The notes beneath the pieces are model-generated. The model did not search any database, had not been told where the DNA came from, and saw nothing but the letters and a program-made list of their open reading frames with translations. Both the position numbers and the translations under genes were made by a program. Of a stretch of 64,000 nt of DNA, positions 26,983 to 38,817 are shown piece by piece. The stretch's first letter is position 1. The number at the start of each line of letters is the position of its first letter. This DNA is from Candidatus Undinarchaeota archaeon (GTDB lineage Archaea; Undinarchaeota; Undinarchaeia; Undinarchaeales; UBA543), in assembly GCA_964636545.1 (NCBI GenBank), contig CAZWSR010000004.1, positions 9,524-73,523 of the forward strand. The letters run 5' to 3'.

Positions 26983-28814
26983 AAAAACAAATAACAACCT
27001 CTGTAAAAAAATATGATGTTTTTCTAAATGGAAAGTTCATTGGAAGTCATGAAAAACCAAATGAACTCGTGGATGAGCTTAAAAAACTTCGTACACAAGG
27101 AATTATCTCTGCTGAAGTCGGAATTGTTTTTGATGCAAAAGATGAAGTTAGAATAGTTTCAGATGCAGGACGACTCCTTAGACCTTTAATCAAAATTAAA
27201 GATGGAAAACCATTACTTACTGAAGACCAGCTTGAAAAAATAGGCAAAGGCGAAATGACTTGGTCAGAACTGGTTAGCAGAGGACTTATTGAGTATATTG
27301 ATGCATCAGAAGAAGAAAGTGCATTTATTGCACTTAGAGAAGAAGATATTACAGAAGAGCATACTCATTTAGAAATAGATCCTTGTACTATTTTCGGAAT
27401 TTGTGCAGGACTTGTCCCATTTTTGAACCATAACATGGCAACCCGTGTTACACTTGGTGCAAACATGGCAAAACAAGGAATTGGTGTATATTGTTCAAAT
27501 TATGGAATCAGAACAGACACACAAAAACATGTTATGGTATATCCACAAAAACCAATGGTTAATACATTAGGAATGGATATTGCAAAATTCGATTTACGTC
27601 CTTCAGGACAGAATTTTGTTGTTGCAGTTATATCTCATGGTGGTTACAACATGCAGGACGCACTTATCATAAACAAGGCATCTGTTGAGCGCGGTTTAGG
27701 AAGATCTGTTTTCTTTAGGTCATACAAAGCAGGGGAGCGAAAGTACCCTGGTGGACAAGTTGACATGATAGAAGTTCCAGACAAAGAAGTTCGTGGATAC
27801 ATGTCAGATGAATGCTATCGATATTTGGGAGATGATGGAATAATTGAACCAGAAAGCATAATCAATACAGATGATGTTCTTATTGGAAAAACTTCACCTC
27901 CAAGATTCCTTGAGGTTATTGAAGAATTCGGAATGTCTGTAAAACATCGAAGAGAAAGTTCAGTAACTGTACGAACAGGTGAAGAAGGAATTGTTGATAA
28001 GGTAATTCTTTCAGAATCACTAGACGGCGACAAGATTGTTAAAATTAAAACAAGAGATCCAAGAATACCAACAGTTGGTGACAAATTTGCATCAAGACAC
28101 GGACAGAAAGGAGTTATTGGAATGATTCTTCCACAAGAAGATACACCATTTACTGAATCTGGAATAGTGCCAGATCTTCTTTTGAATCCTCACGCAATTC
28201 CATCTCGTATGACTGTGGGACAATTGCTTGAAACAATTGGTGGAAAAGTTGGGTCACTAAATGGAAGAACAGTAGATGGCACAGCATTTTCAGGAGAACC
28301 AGAAGAAAATATGAGAAAAGAGCTTGAAGCACTTGGATTCAAGAGCAATGGAAAGGAAGTTCTTTATGATGGAATAACTGGTGTACGACTTGAAGCTGAA
28401 ATTTACATTGGTGTTGTTTATTATCAAAAACTAAAACACATGGTAGCTGACAAGATAAGAGCAAGGTCAAGAGGACCTGTTCAGATTCTTACAAGACAGC
28501 CAACAGCAGGAAAAGCACGAGAAGGTGGTCTGCGTCTTGGAGAGATGGAAAAGGACTGTCTTGTTGGACATGGAGCTGCATTGTTGCTAAAAGAACGGTT
28601 GCTTGATGAATCTGATAAAACAACTGTTCCGATTTGTAGTCAGTGTGGGCTTGTTGCTGTTTATGACAAATTCCGAGATTACAGTTACTGCACAATCTGC
28701 GGTGAGAATGTTGACATAACCTTTGTTGAATTGTCTTATGCATTCAAATTGCTACTTGATGAAATGAAATCAATGTGTATTTATCCAAAGCTTGTGCTGG
28801 GAGAAAAGGGGTGA
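26979..28814 (+). CDS. rpoB1: RNA polymerase subunit B' (Rpo2C)
   Basis: GYNMQDA, GDKFASRHGQKG, NPHAIPSRMT, GGLRLGEME. Confidence 0.97.
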   Translation: MKKQITTSVKKYDVFLNGKFIGSHEKPNELVDELKKLRTQGIISAEVGIVFDAKDEVRIVSDAGRLLRPLIKIKDGKPLLTEDQLEKIGKGEMTWSELVSRGLIEYIDASEEESAFIALREEDITEEHTHLEIDPCTIFGICAGLVPFLNHNMATRVTLGANMAKQGIGVYCSNYGIRTDTQKHVMVYPQKPMVNTLGMDIAKFDLRPSGQNFVVAVISHGGYNMQDALIINKASVERGLGRSVFFRSYKAGERKYPGGQVDMIEVPDKEVRGYMSDECYRYLGDDGIIEPESIINTDDVLIGKTSPPRFLEVIEEFGMSVKHRRESSVTVRTGEEGIVDKVILSESLDGDKIVKIKTRDPRIPTVGDKFASRHGQKGVIGMILPQEDTPFTESGIVPDLLLNPHAIPSRMTVGQLLETIGGKVGSLNGRTVDGTAFSGEPEENMRKELEALGFKSNGKEVLYDGITGVRLEAEIYIGVVYYQKLKHMVADKIRARSRGPVQILTRQPTAGKAREGGLRLGEMEKDCLVGHGAALLLKERLLDESDKTTVPICSQCGLVAVYDKFRDYSYCTICGENVDITFVELSYAFKLLLDEMKSMCIYPKLVLGEKG

Positions 28815-28819
28815 TTAAG

Positions 28820-31384
28820 ATGACAGGAGACTTTATTAGCAAAAAAATAGATTCGATAAAATTCGGCATATTATCACCGAAAATGATGAAGAAAATGGCA
28901 GTTGTGAAAATCATAACTCCAGATACTCACGACACTGATGGTTATCCAATTAAAAGTGGACTTATGGACCCAAGAATGGGCGTTATTGATCCAGGATTGC
29001 GTTGCAGGACCTGTAAAAGCAAGATGGGCGACTGTCCAGGCCACTTTGGTTATATTGAGCTTGCAAGGCCAGTAATTCACTCAGGATATTCAAAAATGGT
29101 GAATAACATTCTTAGATCAACTTGTAAGGAATGTTCACGTGTTTTACTACCACAAAAGAAAATTGACGAGTACTTAGAAAAAATACAAAATGCTATTAGT
29201 GCAGAAGAATTTGAAGAAATAGTTGCTGAAGCAATAAAAGATGCAAAAAAGAAAAAGAAATGTCCGCACTGTGGTGAAACAAAACACAAAGTAAAATTCG
29301 ACAAACCAACTACTTTTATTGAAAGTAACCAGCGCATTATGCCAACAGAAGTCAGGGAACGTTTGGAAAAAATACCTGATGATGATATTTTAATATTTGG
29401 ACTAAACCCAGAGTGGTCACGGCCAGAATGGATGATCCTTACTCTGTTACCAGTACCGCCAGTTACTACAAGACCATCAATCACACTTGAAACTGGAGAA
29501 CGTTCAGAGGATGATTTAACACACAAACTTGTAGATATTATTCGACTTAATCAGCGTCTTAGGGAAAACATAGAAGCTGGAGCACCTCATTTGATTATTG
29601 AGGATCAATGGGAACTTGTACAATACCATGTAACAACTTACCTCGATAATGAAGTTTCAGGAGTTCCAACAGCAAGACACAGGTCAGGAAGACCACTTAA
29701 GACACTTAAACAAAGACTAAAAGGAAAAGAAGGACGATTTAGAAGTTCTCTTGCAGGAAAACGTGTTGATTTTTCAGCACGAACAGTTGTTTCACCAGAC
29801 CCAAACATTAGTATTGACGAAGTTGGAATCCCATATTTAATTGCAAAAGAAATGACAATACCTGAAAGAGTTACGCCTAGAAACCATGAAATACTAAAAG
29901 CTCTTGTAATAAATGGTATAGATACTTATCCAGGTGCAAATTACATTATACGACCAGATGGAAAAAGAAAAAGAGTAACAGACGAGAATAAAGAAGAACT
30001 TGCTGATGAAATTGATACTGGATATGTTGTTGAAAGACATCTTAGAGACAATGATATTGTGCTATTCAACCGGCAACCATCACTTCACAGAATGAGTATA
30101 ATGGCCCACAGAGTACGTGTTCTTCCATACAACACATTCCGTTTGAACTTATCTGTTTGTGCACCATACAATGCCGATTTTGATGGAGATGAAATGAATC
30201 TGCATGTTCCGCAAACTGAAGAAGCAAGAACAGAAGCTCGTTTACTAATGAGTGTTCAGACACAAATTCGTTCACCAAGATTTGCTGGACCAATTATTGG
30301 AGCAATTCACGACCACATAACAGGACTTTACTTCCTAACAATAAATGAATTAACAGAAAACCAAGCAGCAGATATGCTAACAAAAGCTGGTTATACTGGA
30401 AAACCAATAAAAGGCAAAGCAGGAAAAGTTCATGGACGAGAAATATTCAGTGCATTTATACCAGAAGGTATTTGGTTGAAATTCAAAACTAAATCTGGAG
30501 ACAAAGTTGAAATAAAAAACGGGCAAATGCTAAGCGGATTTGTTGATGACCGAGCGGTTGGTGCAATGAGTGGTAGATTACTTGATGAAATTCTCAGAAA
30601 ACACGGACCAAGAGGAGTAAAAGATTTCTTAGATGGAATTACAAAACTTGGAATCGCATACTTGGATCTTTATGGATTTACAACAGGTCTTGATGAAGAA
30701 GATCTTCCTGAAAAAGTTAGAGAAAACATAAATAATGCCATTAAAAAATCAGAGAAAAAAGTTGAAGATCTTGCTCAAGATTACAGAGAAGGAAAGCTAA
30801 AACCATCAAAAGGAAAAAGTGTAACAGACACTCTTGAAGAACTTATAATGCTTGAATTAAATAAGGCAAGAAACAGCGCAGGAGAACTTGCTGAAAAAGA
30901 TCTTAAGAGCACAAATTTCGCACTTGCCATGGCAAAAACAGGAGCAAGAGGAAGTTTGCTGAACATAACTCAGATGAGTGCTTGTATTGGACAGCAAGTT
31001 GTTCGAGGTAAGAGAATTATGAGAGGTTATGCAAAAAGAACATTGCCACACTTTAGTGAAACAGATCTTGGAGCAAAAGCTCATGGATTTGTAAGATCTA
31101 ATTACAAAAGCGGAATGGGACCAATTGAGTTCTTCTTCCACTCAATGGGTGGACGCGAATCATTGACAGATACTGCTATGCGAACACCTAAGTCAGGATA
31201 CCTGCAACGCAGATTAATAAATGCAATGCAGGACGTTGTTGTTGATTACAATGAAACAGTAAAAGATGGTAGGGGGATCGTTATCCAGTTCAAATATGGT
31301 GATGATGGCGTTGACCCAAGTAAAAGTGACCATGGAAGAGCTGTGAATGTTACTAAGGCAATAAAAGATGTGGTGTATAAATAA
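28820..31384 (+). CDS. rpoA1: RNA polymerase subunit A' (Rpo1N)
   Basis: CPGHFG, NRQPSLH, YNADFDGDEMN catalytic motif. Confidence 0.98.
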   Translation: MTGDFISKKIDSIKFGILSPKMMKKMAVVKIITPDTHDTDGYPIKSGLMDPRMGVIDPGLRCRTCKSKMGDCPGHFGYIELARPVIHSGYSKMVNNILRSTCKECSRVLLPQKKIDEYLEKIQNAISAEEFEEIVAEAIKDAKKKKKCPHCGETKHKVKFDKPTTFIESNQRIMPTEVRERLEKIPDDDILIFGLNPEWSRPEWMILTLLPVPPVTTRPSITLETGERSEDDLTHKLVDIIRLNQRLRENIEAGAPHLIIEDQWELVQYHVTTYLDNEVSGVPTARHRSGRPLKTLKQRLKGKEGRFRSSLAGKRVDFSARTVVSPDPNISIDEVGIPYLIAKEMTIPERVTPRNHEILKALVINGIDTYPGANYIIRPDGKRKRVTDENKEELADEIDTGYVVERHLRDNDIVLFNRQPSLHRMSIMAHRVRVLPYNTFRLNLSVCAPYNADFDGDEMNLHVPQTEEARTEARLLMSVQTQIRSPRFAGPIIGAIHDHITGLYFLTINELTENQAADMLTKAGYTGKPIKGKAGKVHGREIFSAFIPEGIWLKFKTKSGDKVEIKNGQMLSGFVDDRAVGAMSGRLLDEILRKHGPRGVKDFLDGITKLGIAYLDLYGFTTGLDEEDLPEKVRENINNAIKKSEKKVEDLAQDYREGKLKPSKGKSVTDTLEELIMLELNKARNSAGELAEKDLKSTNFALAMAKTGARGSLLNITQMSACIGQQVVRGKRIMRGYAKRTLPHFSETDLGAKAHGFVRSNYKSGMGPIEFFFHSMGGRESLTDTAMRTPKSGYLQRRLINAMQDVVVDYNETVKDGRGIVIQFKYGDDGVDPSKSDHGRAVNVTKAIKDVVYK

Positions 31385-31397
31385 GGAGGTATGAAAA

Positions 31398-32555
31398 ATG
31401 GTAAATGAAATTCAAAAAATTATTGATGACAAAAATATTGAACTGCCACTTATAGTTATAAAAAAACTAGAGAAACGACTTAAAGATGGAAAAGTTAAGA
31501 AAAAAGATCTTCCAGCTGTTATTGACCACATAAGTGATGTTTATGATAAAGCAAAAATTGAGCCAGGCGAAGGTGTAGGAGTTCTTGCAGCACAGTCAAT
31601 TGGAGAACCAGGAACACAGATGATGATGAGAACAAAGCACTATGCTGGAACTGCTATGGACGTTACTCGTGGATTGCCTAGATTAATTGAACTTGTGGAT
31701 GCTCGTCGTACTCCAAAAACACCAATGATGAGTGTTTATCTAACGAAAGACTACAATGTTGCTGATAAAGCAGAGAAACTTGCATATTCAATTAAAGAAA
31801 CAACAATAAGACATATTGCAAAATCAATTAAATTAGATTTCTTGAAATATAGAGCAATCATAGATATTGATAAAGAAGAGATGAGGATGCGTGGCCTAAC
31901 ACCAAAAGCAATGAAAGAGATTCTTGATGAAAAATTCAAGAAACGCGTTTCAATGGAAGGTAGCACAGTGATGATAAAAGCTCCAAAGAAAGTTGCTTCA
32001 GCACTGCAAAAATTAAGAGGAGAAGTAATAAGCACACATCTTTCAGGAATAAAAGGCGTAAGTTATGTTGTTATTCAAAAAGAAGATCGTGATTATGCAA
32101 TTTACACAAAAGGCACAAACCTCAAAGATATGCTAGCTATGAAAGGAATTGATACTATAAAGACAAAAACAAATGATATAAGAGAAATTGAAGCTCTTTT
32201 TGGAATAGAAGCTGCAAGAAATATTCTTGTTGAAGAAATAACAGATACTTTGAAAGAAGCAGGACTTGTTGTTGATTCAAGACATGTTAGTTTAGTTTCT
32301 GACACTATGTGCTCAGATGGAAAAATAAAAGCAATAGGAAGGCACGGAGTTTCTGGTCAAAAAGCATCAGTTCTTGCACGAGCAAGCTTTGAAGAAACAG
32401 TAAAACACTTGTTAAAAGCAAGTGCATATGGAGAAGAAGACAAGCTAAAAGGAGTTGTTGAAAATATCATAGTTGGACAGATAATAGCACTTGGAACTGG
32501 AATACCTGAATTGATCATGAGGAGTACAGAAACACCAAAGAAAAAATCAAAATGA
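31398..32555 (+). CDS. rpoA2: RNA polymerase subunit A'' (Rpo1C)
   Basis: [39 protein letters not shown]. Confidence 0.97.
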   Translation: MVNEIQKIIDDKNIELPLIVIKKLEKRLKDGKVKKKDLPAVIDHISDVYDKAKIEPGEGVGVLAAQSIGEPGTQMMMRTKHYAGTAMDVTRGLPRLIELVDARRTPKTPMMSVYLTKDYNVADKAEKLAYSIKETTIRHIAKSIKLDFLKYRAIIDIDKEEMRMRGLTPKAMKEILDEKFKKRVSMEGSTVMIKAPKKVASALQKLRGEVISTHLSGIKGVSYVVIQKEDRDYAIYTKGTNLKDMLAMKGIDTIKTKTNDIREIEALFGIEAARNILVEEITDTLKEAGLVVDSRHVSLVSDTMCSDGKIKAIGRHGVSGQKASVLARASFEETVKHLLKASAYGEEDKLKGVVENIIVGQIIALGTGIPELIMRSTETPKKKSK

Positions 32556-32971
32556 TAAAACTCAACACAGACACATTACTATACATCGCTGCATTGGAAA
32601 AAACAAGTGGCACCCGCGTAAAAGATTGTATTGTAACGGATACAGAGATAATATACATAGTTGATGAAGAAAACCTAGGAAAAGCAATAGGAAAAAACGG
32701 ACAGCATGCGAACAAGATAAGAAATGCATTGGGAAAACAGGTTAGAATTATTGGATTTAACGCAGATCCACAAAAATTCACAAGAAATCTGATTGGGTTA
32801 GTTGAACCAAAATCAATAATACTCGAAGAAACAGAGACCGAAAAGCATATAATAGTGGAGTCAGATTACAAAACTCACAGTTCCATCCGAGGGAAGCATG
32901 GCAAGAAGCTTAAAATAGTAAGAGATTTACTCAAACGCCACCATAATGTCGATGATGTCATATTAAAATGA
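32552..32971 (+). CDS. nusA: archaeal NusA (KH domains)
   Basis: [12 protein letters not shown]; position after rpoA2. Confidence 0.9.
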   Translation: MIKLNTDTLLYIAALEKTSGTRVKDCIVTDTEIIYIVDEENLGKAIGKNGQHANKIRNALGKQVRIIGFNADPQKFTRNLIGLVEPKSIILEETETEKHIIVESDYKTHSSIRGKHGKKLKIVRDLLKRHHNVDDVILK

Positions 32972-33037
32972 ACGTTGTTCGTCTTTAGTAATTCGTTTTT
33001 AGTAAACGAATAACGAACAACCAAAAACAAAAAACGA
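32972..33037. repeat. palindromic heptamer array, class 1 (empty form)
   Basis: acgttgt-tcgtctt-tagtaat-tcgtttt-tagt-AA-acga-ataacga-acaacca-aaaacaa-aaaacga between nusA and rps12. Confidence 0.85.
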
Positions 33038-33056
33038 GGATAAATAGGAAAAACAC

Positions 33057-33494
33057 ATGGCAAATAAACCAAGAGGACTTTACACTGCAAGAAAACTGAA
33101 AAAAATACGAAAACAGTTCAGGTGGAAGGACTCAGATTATAAGAGAAAAGCCCTTAGCTTAGATGTTAAGGCATCACCATTAGGTGGAGCACCGCAGGCA
33201 CGAGGAATTGTACTTGAGAAAGTTGGACTTGAAGCAAAACAACCAAACTCAGCTATTCGAAAGTGTGTCAAGGTACAGCTCATCCGAAATGGTAAGACAG
33301 TTACTGCTTTTGCACCAGGAAACAACGCAATTGGGTTCATTGATGAGCACGATGAAGTTGAAATCGCTGGTATTCACGGACCAAAAGGAAAATCTATGGG
33401 AGATATCCCCGGAGTTAGGTACAAAGTTATCTCAGTAAGCGGCATGTGTTTGGACCAACTTGTTAGAGGAAAGAAGGAGAAACCAGTGAGGTAA
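33057..33494 (+). CDS. rps12: 30S ribosomal protein uS12
   Basis: [22 protein letters not shown]. Confidence 0.98.
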   Translation: MANKPRGLYTARKLKKIRKQFRWKDSDYKRKALSLDVKASPLGGAPQARGIVLEKVGLEAKQPNSAIRKCVKVQLIRNGKTVTAFAPGNNAIGFIDEHDEVEIAGIHGPKGKSMGDIPGVRYKVISVSGMCLDQLVRGKKEKPVR

Positions 33495-33496
33495 AG

Positions 33497-34102
33497 ATGA
33501 ACAAGATGCTACTTTTTGAAAAATGGGACACAAGTGAAGTGATTGTTGCTGATTTAGGACTTAGAAAATATTTGAAAATCACTCAAACAATTATGCCAAA
33601 CAAGTTTGGAAAAGGAGCAAACAAACGCTTTGGAAAAGAAGAAACACACGTTGTTGAGCGCCTTGGAAACAAACTTATGGTTACAGGTCATATGAAAGAT
33701 TCTAGAGTTCACAAAAGAGTTTCTGGACGAGACACAGGGAAAAAACAAACAGTTTACAGAATAATTAAAGGTGCATTTGAAAGAGTTGAGAAAAAAGCAA
33801 AAATGAATCCCGTTCAAGCACTTGTAAAAGCAATTGAAAATGCAGCACCAAGAGAAGAAACAACTAGAATCAGGCAAGGTGGAATAATTGCTCACAGGGC
33901 AGTTGATGTTTCCCCAGCAAGACGTGCAGATATTTCTTTAAGTTTTATAACACATGGAGCAGCGCAGCGTGCATTTAACAAAAAACAACCAATGGCAGCT
34001 GCACTAGCTGAAGAAATACTAAGTGCAATGAATTATGATACAAAAACGTATTCAATTTCAAAAAGAGAAGAGCTTGAGCGAGTTGCTCAAAGCGCAAGGT
34101 GA
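33497..34102 (+). CDS. rps7: 30S ribosomal protein uS7
   Basis: LFEKWD, NPVQ, AIENAAPREE, ELERVAQSAR. Confidence 0.97.
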   Translation: MNKMLLFEKWDTSEVIVADLGLRKYLKITQTIMPNKFGKGANKRFGKEETHVVERLGNKLMVTGHMKDSRVHKRVSGRDTGKKQTVYRIIKGAFERVEKKAKMNPVQALVKAIENAAPREETTRIRQGGIIAHRAVDVSPARRADISLSFITHGAAQRAFNKKQPMAAALAEEILSAMNYDTKTYSISKREELERVAQSAR

Positions 34103-34109
34103 TAAATAA

Positions 34110-36308
34110 ATGGCAAGAAAAGAAGATATTGTTGCAAAAGTTTCAGAATTAATGTGGAAACCAGAACAGATCCGCAATATAGGTATTGTGGCTCATATTG
34201 ATCACGGCAAGACCACTTTGTCAGATAATCTTCTAGCTGGATCAGGTATGCTTTCAGAAGAAATTGCAGGAAAAGCATGTGCACTTGATTTTGATGAACA
34301 AGAACAGAATAGAGGAATTACAATTAATGCAGCTAATGTTTCACTTTTACACACACATGAGGGAAAAGAACACCTCATAAACTTGATTGATACCCCAGGA
34401 CATGTTGATTTTGGAGGCGATGTTATTAGAGCAATGCGTGCTGTTGACGGAGCAGTTGTTGTTGTATGCGCTGTTGAAGGTGCAATGCCACAGACAGAAA
34501 CCGTACTCAGACAAGCAATCAGAGAGCGAGTAAAGCCAATTCTTTTCATAAACAAAGTTGACAGAATGATTCGCGAATTAAAACTAACACCAGAAGAAAT
34601 GCAACAGCGATTCATCAAAGCAATTGCACGAGTAAATGAACTTATTAGTAGAAACCTCCCAGATGAACTTAAAAACGACCCAAATTGGAAAGTAAAAGTT
34701 GAAGATGGAAGCGTACTTTTCGGTTCTGCGTTTCACAATTGGGCACTTTCATTCCCACACATGCAAAAATTAAATCTTTCATTCAAAGATATTATTGAAG
34801 CATATGCTGATGAAGATTCTTGGAAAACACTTGGAAAGAAAGCTCCATTAAATGGAATTCTTCTTGACATGGTTGTAAAACATCACCCAAATCCAGTAAC
34901 TGCACAAAAATACAGAATTCCACAGATTTGGCCTGGTGAAGACAAAGAACTTGAAGCAAAAATGGCTGAATGTAAACCAGATGGCCCACTTGCACTTATG
35001 GTTACAAAAATGATTTCAGATCCACATGCTGGCGATATTGCAACAGGCAGATTATTCTCAGGAACAATTGAAACAGGAAAAGAAGTTCATCTTGTAAACC
35101 GCAATCAAACACTACGACTTCAGCAAGTTGGAATTTATATGGGTGCTGATCGTTCAAAAATTGAAAAAATTCCAGCAGGAAACATTGTAGCTCTTGTTGG
35201 TGTAAAATCAGCAACTTCAGGAGAAACAATTTGTGATCCTGAAAACATACTTATTCCATTTGAAGCAATTCAAGAAGCAGAACCAGTTGTTACAGAAGCA
35301 CTTGAAGCAAAAAACACAGCTGATTTGCCAAAACTTATTGAAGTTCTACGAAGTATTGAAAAAGAAGATCCATCTATTCATGTTGAAATTGATGAAGAAA
35401 CTGGCGAACACAAAATGTCAGGAATGGGTGAATTGCACTTGGAAATTTGGAAATACAGAATTGAAAAAGACAAAAATGTTCCAATTAACTCTTCAGATCC
35501 TATTGTTGTTTACAGAGAAACTGTTTCAAAACAATCACCAGAAGTTGAAGGAAAATCTCCAAACAAGCATAATAAATTTTTCATGATTGCTGAACCACTA
35601 GAACAGCCAATTTTTGATGCAATTAAAGAAGGGAAAATCAGGCAAGGAACTGTGAAAAAGAAAGAATACAACAAACTTTTGCAGGAACTTAACGTGGACA
35701 AGCACGAAATCAAGGGATTCACACACGTTTATGGAAATAATGTGTTAATTAACATGGTTAAAGGAGAAGTTCATATTGGAGAGATAATGGAGCTTGTAAA
35801 GGAGGGATTTGATTCTGTTATGAAAAAAGGCCCAATTTCAGATGAAAAATGCTCAGGAATCAAGATAAAACTTATGGATACAAAGCTTCACGAAGATGCT
35901 ATTCACAGAGGCCCAGCACAGGTACTCCCAGCTGTAAGAACCGCTATCAAGGCAGCAATGTTGCTTGGCGGCACTTATTTACTTGAACCTAAACAAAACA
36001 TATATATACGGGTACCGGAGGAATATATGGGTGCAGTTAACCGCGAAATGCAGAGCAGACGCGGTCAAATTCTTGATATGCAACCTGAGGGAGATCAGAT
36101 GGCAATCACTGCAAAAGCACCTGTAGCATCAATGTTCGGGTTTGCAGGCGAAATACGATCAGCAACTGAAGGCCGTGTTCTCTGGAGTACAGAAAATGCT
36201 GGCTTTGAGAAGCTTCCGCAAGAGCTGCAACCGAAAATCATAAAAGAGATAAGGCAGAGAAAAGGCCTGAAAGAAGACCTGCCAACACCACAAGAGCTGT
36301 TGGGATAG
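34110..36308 (+). CDS. fusA: translation elongation factor aEF-2
   Basis: [23 protein letters not shown]; diphthamide loop [11 protein letters not shown]. Confidence 0.98.
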   Translation: MARKEDIVAKVSELMWKPEQIRNIGIVAHIDHGKTTLSDNLLAGSGMLSEEIAGKACALDFDEQEQNRGITINAANVSLLHTHEGKEHLINLIDTPGHVDFGGDVIRAMRAVDGAVVVVCAVEGAMPQTETVLRQAIRERVKPILFINKVDRMIRELKLTPEEMQQRFIKAIARVNELISRNLPDELKNDPNWKVKVEDGSVLFGSAFHNWALSFPHMQKLNLSFKDIIEAYADEDSWKTLGKKAPLNGILLDMVVKHHPNPVTAQKYRIPQIWPGEDKELEAKMAECKPDGPLALMVTKMISDPHAGDIATGRLFSGTIETGKEVHLVNRNQTLRLQQVGIYMGADRSKIEKIPAGNIVALVGVKSATSGETICDPENILIPFEAIQEAEPVVTEALEAKNTADLPKLIEVLRSIEKEDPSIHVEIDEETGEHKMSGMGELHLEIWKYRIEKDKNVPINSSDPIVVYRETVSKQSPEVEGKSPNKHNKFFMIAEPLEQPIFDAIKEGKIRQGTVKKKEYNKLLQELNVDKHEIKGFTHVYGNNVLINMVKGEVHIGEIMELVKEGFDSVMKKGPISDEKCSGIKIKLMDTKLHEDAIHRGPAQVLPAVRTAIKAAMLLGGTYLLEPKQNIYIRVPEEYMGAVNREMQSRRGQILDMQPEGDQMAITAKAPVASMFGFAGEIRSATEGRVLWSTENAGFEKLPQELQPKIIKEIRQRKGLKEDLPTPQELLG

Positions 36309-36345
36309 ATCATAATCATCCATATTTGGAGGATAACAAACTAAA

Positions 36346-37626
36346 ATGGCAAGTAAAAAACCACACATGAATATAGTATTCGTCGGCCACGTAGATCACG
36401 GAAAGTCTACCTCAGTCGGCAGAATCCTCTTTGACACTGGAAATATTCCAGAGCAAGAGATGAAAAAAATCCAAGAAGAAGCTAAAAAGCTCGGAAAGGA
36501 AACTTTCGGACTAGCTTTTGTAATGGATAGAATGAAAGAAGAACGTGAGCGTGGTCTTACAATTGACGTAGCACACAAAAAATTCGAGACTGCAAAGTAT
36601 TACTTTACAATTATCGACGCACCAGGGCACAGAGATTTTGTCAAGAACATGATCACTGGTACTTCTCAAGCTGATGCAGCTGTCCTAGTGGTTGCTGCAA
36701 AAGATGGAATTCAGCCACAAACAAAAGAGCACGCATGGCTTATCAAAACTTTGGGCGTTAATCAGTTGATTATTGAAGTCAACAAGATGGACGAAGTCAA
36801 ATATGACGAGAAGAAGTTTGAAGAAGTCAAGAAACAAGTTGGCGAACTTTTGAAACCAATTGGTGTCAAGGTAGAAGATGTTGTATTTGTTCCAACAGCT
36901 GCTTTTGCAACTGGCGAGAACATGACCAAGAAAGCTGGCGAGAACATGAGCTGGTACAAAGGTCCAATGTTAATTGACGCACTTGACAATTTAAAAGCAC
37001 CTGACAAAATGACTGACAAGCCACTACGTGTGCCAATTCAGGACGTTTACACCATCACTGGTGTTGGAACTGTTCCTGTTGGTCGTGTTGAAACTGGTCT
37101 TCTAAAACCTGGTCAGAAAGTTGTATTTGAACCTTCTGGCGCATCAGGCGAAGTTAAATCAGTTGAGATGCACCACGAAATGCTTGATCAGGCAGAACCT
37201 GGCGACAATGTCGGTTTCAATGTCCGAGGCCTTGCAAAGAATGAAGCAAAACGCGGAGATGTTTGCGGAACAGCTGACAGTCCACCAACAGTTGCTGAAG
37301 AATTTACAGCACAGATTGTTGTACTACAGCACCCAACAGCAATTACTGTAGGATACACTCCAGTGTTCCACTGCCACACTACGCAGGTTGCATGCACTTT
37401 CACAGAACTTGTGAAGAAAATCAACCCAGCAACAGGTGAAGTAATTGCAGAGAACCCAGACATGCTGAAAACAGGCGACGCTGCAATTGTCAAACTGAAA
37501 CCAACAAGGCCACTCTGTATTGAGAAGGCTGCTGACTTCCCACCACTTGGTAGATTCGCTATCAGAGATATGGGAGCAACAGTTGGCGCAGGTATGGTAA
37601 CTGACGTTGTACCAAAGAAAAAATAA
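36346..37626 (+). CDS. tuf: translation elongation factor aEF-1 alpha
   Basis: [39 protein letters not shown]. Confidence 0.98.
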   Translation: MASKKPHMNIVFVGHVDHGKSTSVGRILFDTGNIPEQEMKKIQEEAKKLGKETFGLAFVMDRMKEERERGLTIDVAHKKFETAKYYFTIIDAPGHRDFVKNMITGTSQADAAVLVVAAKDGIQPQTKEHAWLIKTLGVNQLIIEVNKMDEVKYDEKKFEEVKKQVGELLKPIGVKVEDVVFVPTAAFATGENMTKKAGENMSWYKGPMLIDALDNLKAPDKMTDKPLRVPIQDVYTITGVGTVPVGRVETGLLKPGQKVVFEPSGASGEVKSVEMHHEMLDQAEPGDNVGFNVRGLAKNEAKRGDVCGTADSPPTVAEEFTAQIVVLQHPTAITVGYTPVFHCHTTQVACTFTELVKKINPATGEVIAENPDMLKTGDAAIVKLKPTRPLCIEKAADFPPLGRFAIRDMGATVGAGMVTDVVPKKK

Positions 37627-37633
37627 ATAATCC

Positions 37634-37667
37634 TTGAGCGGGCTTAAACCCCCGTTCAACCCCTTTT
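37634..37667 (+). terminator. stem-loop between tuf and rps10 (terminator or mRNA-stabilising)
   Basis: ttgagcggg/cccgttcaa stem followed by ccccttttat. Confidence 0.5.
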
Positions 37668-37680
37668 ATATTATATTCAA

Positions 37681-37992
37681 ATGACACAAAAAGCAAGAAT
37701 TCGATTGAGTGGCCCAGACATAGGGCAAATTAATGAAATTACTGAACAAATTAAAGGAATCGCAGACCAGAGTAAAACTTCTTATTCAGGACCTATCCCA
37801 TTACCAACAAAAAAACTGAAAATAACTACAAGAAAAAGTCCAGATGGGGAAGGAAAAGCAAGCTGGGAGAGATGGGAAATGCGTTTGCACAAAAGAGTTA
37901 TTGATGTTGATCCAAATGAGAGAGCAATGAGACAAGTTATGCGTCTTCAAGTGCCTGATGGCATTAATATTGAGATTGAAGTTAAAGGATAG
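37681..37992 (+). CDS. rps10: 30S ribosomal protein uS10
   Basis: GPIPLPTK, RKSPDGEG, WERWEMRLHKR. Confidence 0.98.
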   Translation: MTQKARIRLSGPDIGQINEITEQIKGIADQSKTSYSGPIPLPTKKLKITTRKSPDGEGKASWERWEMRLHKRVIDVDPNERAMRQVMRLQVPDGINIEIEVKG

Positions 37993-38033
37993 TTATAACG
38001 AAACTTTTTAAAGGAAGATTCTTTATTGTTTTT

Positions 38034-38555
38034 ATGGATAAAAAAGAGTTTAAACAAATATTTCTTACACTTATTTTACCAATATCTTTAATTATACTTG
38101 GATTAATTGTATTAGTTACAGGAGCAATTAAAAAACATGTTATAATTTTTTCAATTGGATTAATAACAATGCTTGGTGGCATGATTACGGTTTTCTTAAA
38201 TAAACAAAAATCTGGATTAAATGTTTGGCACATATTCTCAATGTCTTGGTTGTTTGTTGATGGTCTTTTCCATGCATTTGGAGTTGCTGATTTAGTGGAA
38301 GGGCGAGCACCTGATGCAGTTATTGCAAGAGGATTACTTGAATTAGATGGTGCTTTGCCAATGTGGATACACAGGATTATGGGTGCGTTTTTGATTCTAA
38401 CTACAACTTATGCATTTTATTTATTGAATCAGAAAAAGAAATTAAGTAAAGCTAAAGCAATTTATGTTAAAGTGTATTTCTGGGTAGAAGCTCCAATAAC
38501 AATTGCAATTATAGCATTTGGAATAATATTGAATTTATTGGGTGTTGGGGTTTAG
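38034..38555 (+). CDS. hypothetical polytopic membrane protein
   Basis: About 5 hydrophobic segments; TATA ttttta at about 38005. Confidence 0.65.
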   Translation: MDKKEFKQIFLTLILPISLIILGLIVLVTGAIKKHVIIFSIGLITMLGGMITVFLNKQKSGLNVWHIFSMSWLFVDGLFHAFGVADLVEGRAPDAVIARGLLELDGALPMWIHRIMGAFLILTTTYAFYLLNQKKKLSKAKAIYVKVYFWVEAPITIAIIAFGIILNLLGVGV

Positions 38556-38653
38556 TAGAAAACCTTTTTAATAGAGGAATTTGATTAATTGATAGTTATC
38601 TTGAAGGCCTGAGAGCTTGAAATCTTGAAGTCCTAACCAATTTAACCAAATTT

Positions 38654-38740
38654 GCCGAGGTGGCGGAATCCGGTAACGCGCTCGCCTTGAGAGCGAGTTC
38701 TCGCAAGGGAATGTAGGTTCAAATCCTGCCCTCGGCGCCA
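38654..38740 (+). tRNA. tRNA-Ser(TGA), CCA encoded
   Basis: GCCGAGG/CCTCGGC acceptor; CTCGC-CT-TGA-GA-GCGAG; long variable arm. Confidence 0.95.
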
Positions 38741-38745
38741 ATTTC

Positions 38746-38816
38746 TAAGATTTTAGAGTTTGGAATTTAGAATTTGGAATCAACTCTAAACTCCAAAATC
38801 TAAACTCTAAATTCTA
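38746..38816. repeat. palindromic heptamer array, class 3 (TTRGART)
   Basis: taagatt-ttagagt-ttggaat-ttagaat-ttggaat-CA-actctaa-actccaa-aatctaa-actctaa-attcta. Confidence 0.85.
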
Positions 38817-38817
38817 C

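Noticed and set aside
25501-32555. Split rpoB and rpoA as a novelty, or inteins in RNAP, EF-2 or NrdD
   Set aside because: B''/B' and A'/A'' splits are well known in archaea; protein lengths are normal, with no intein-sized insertions
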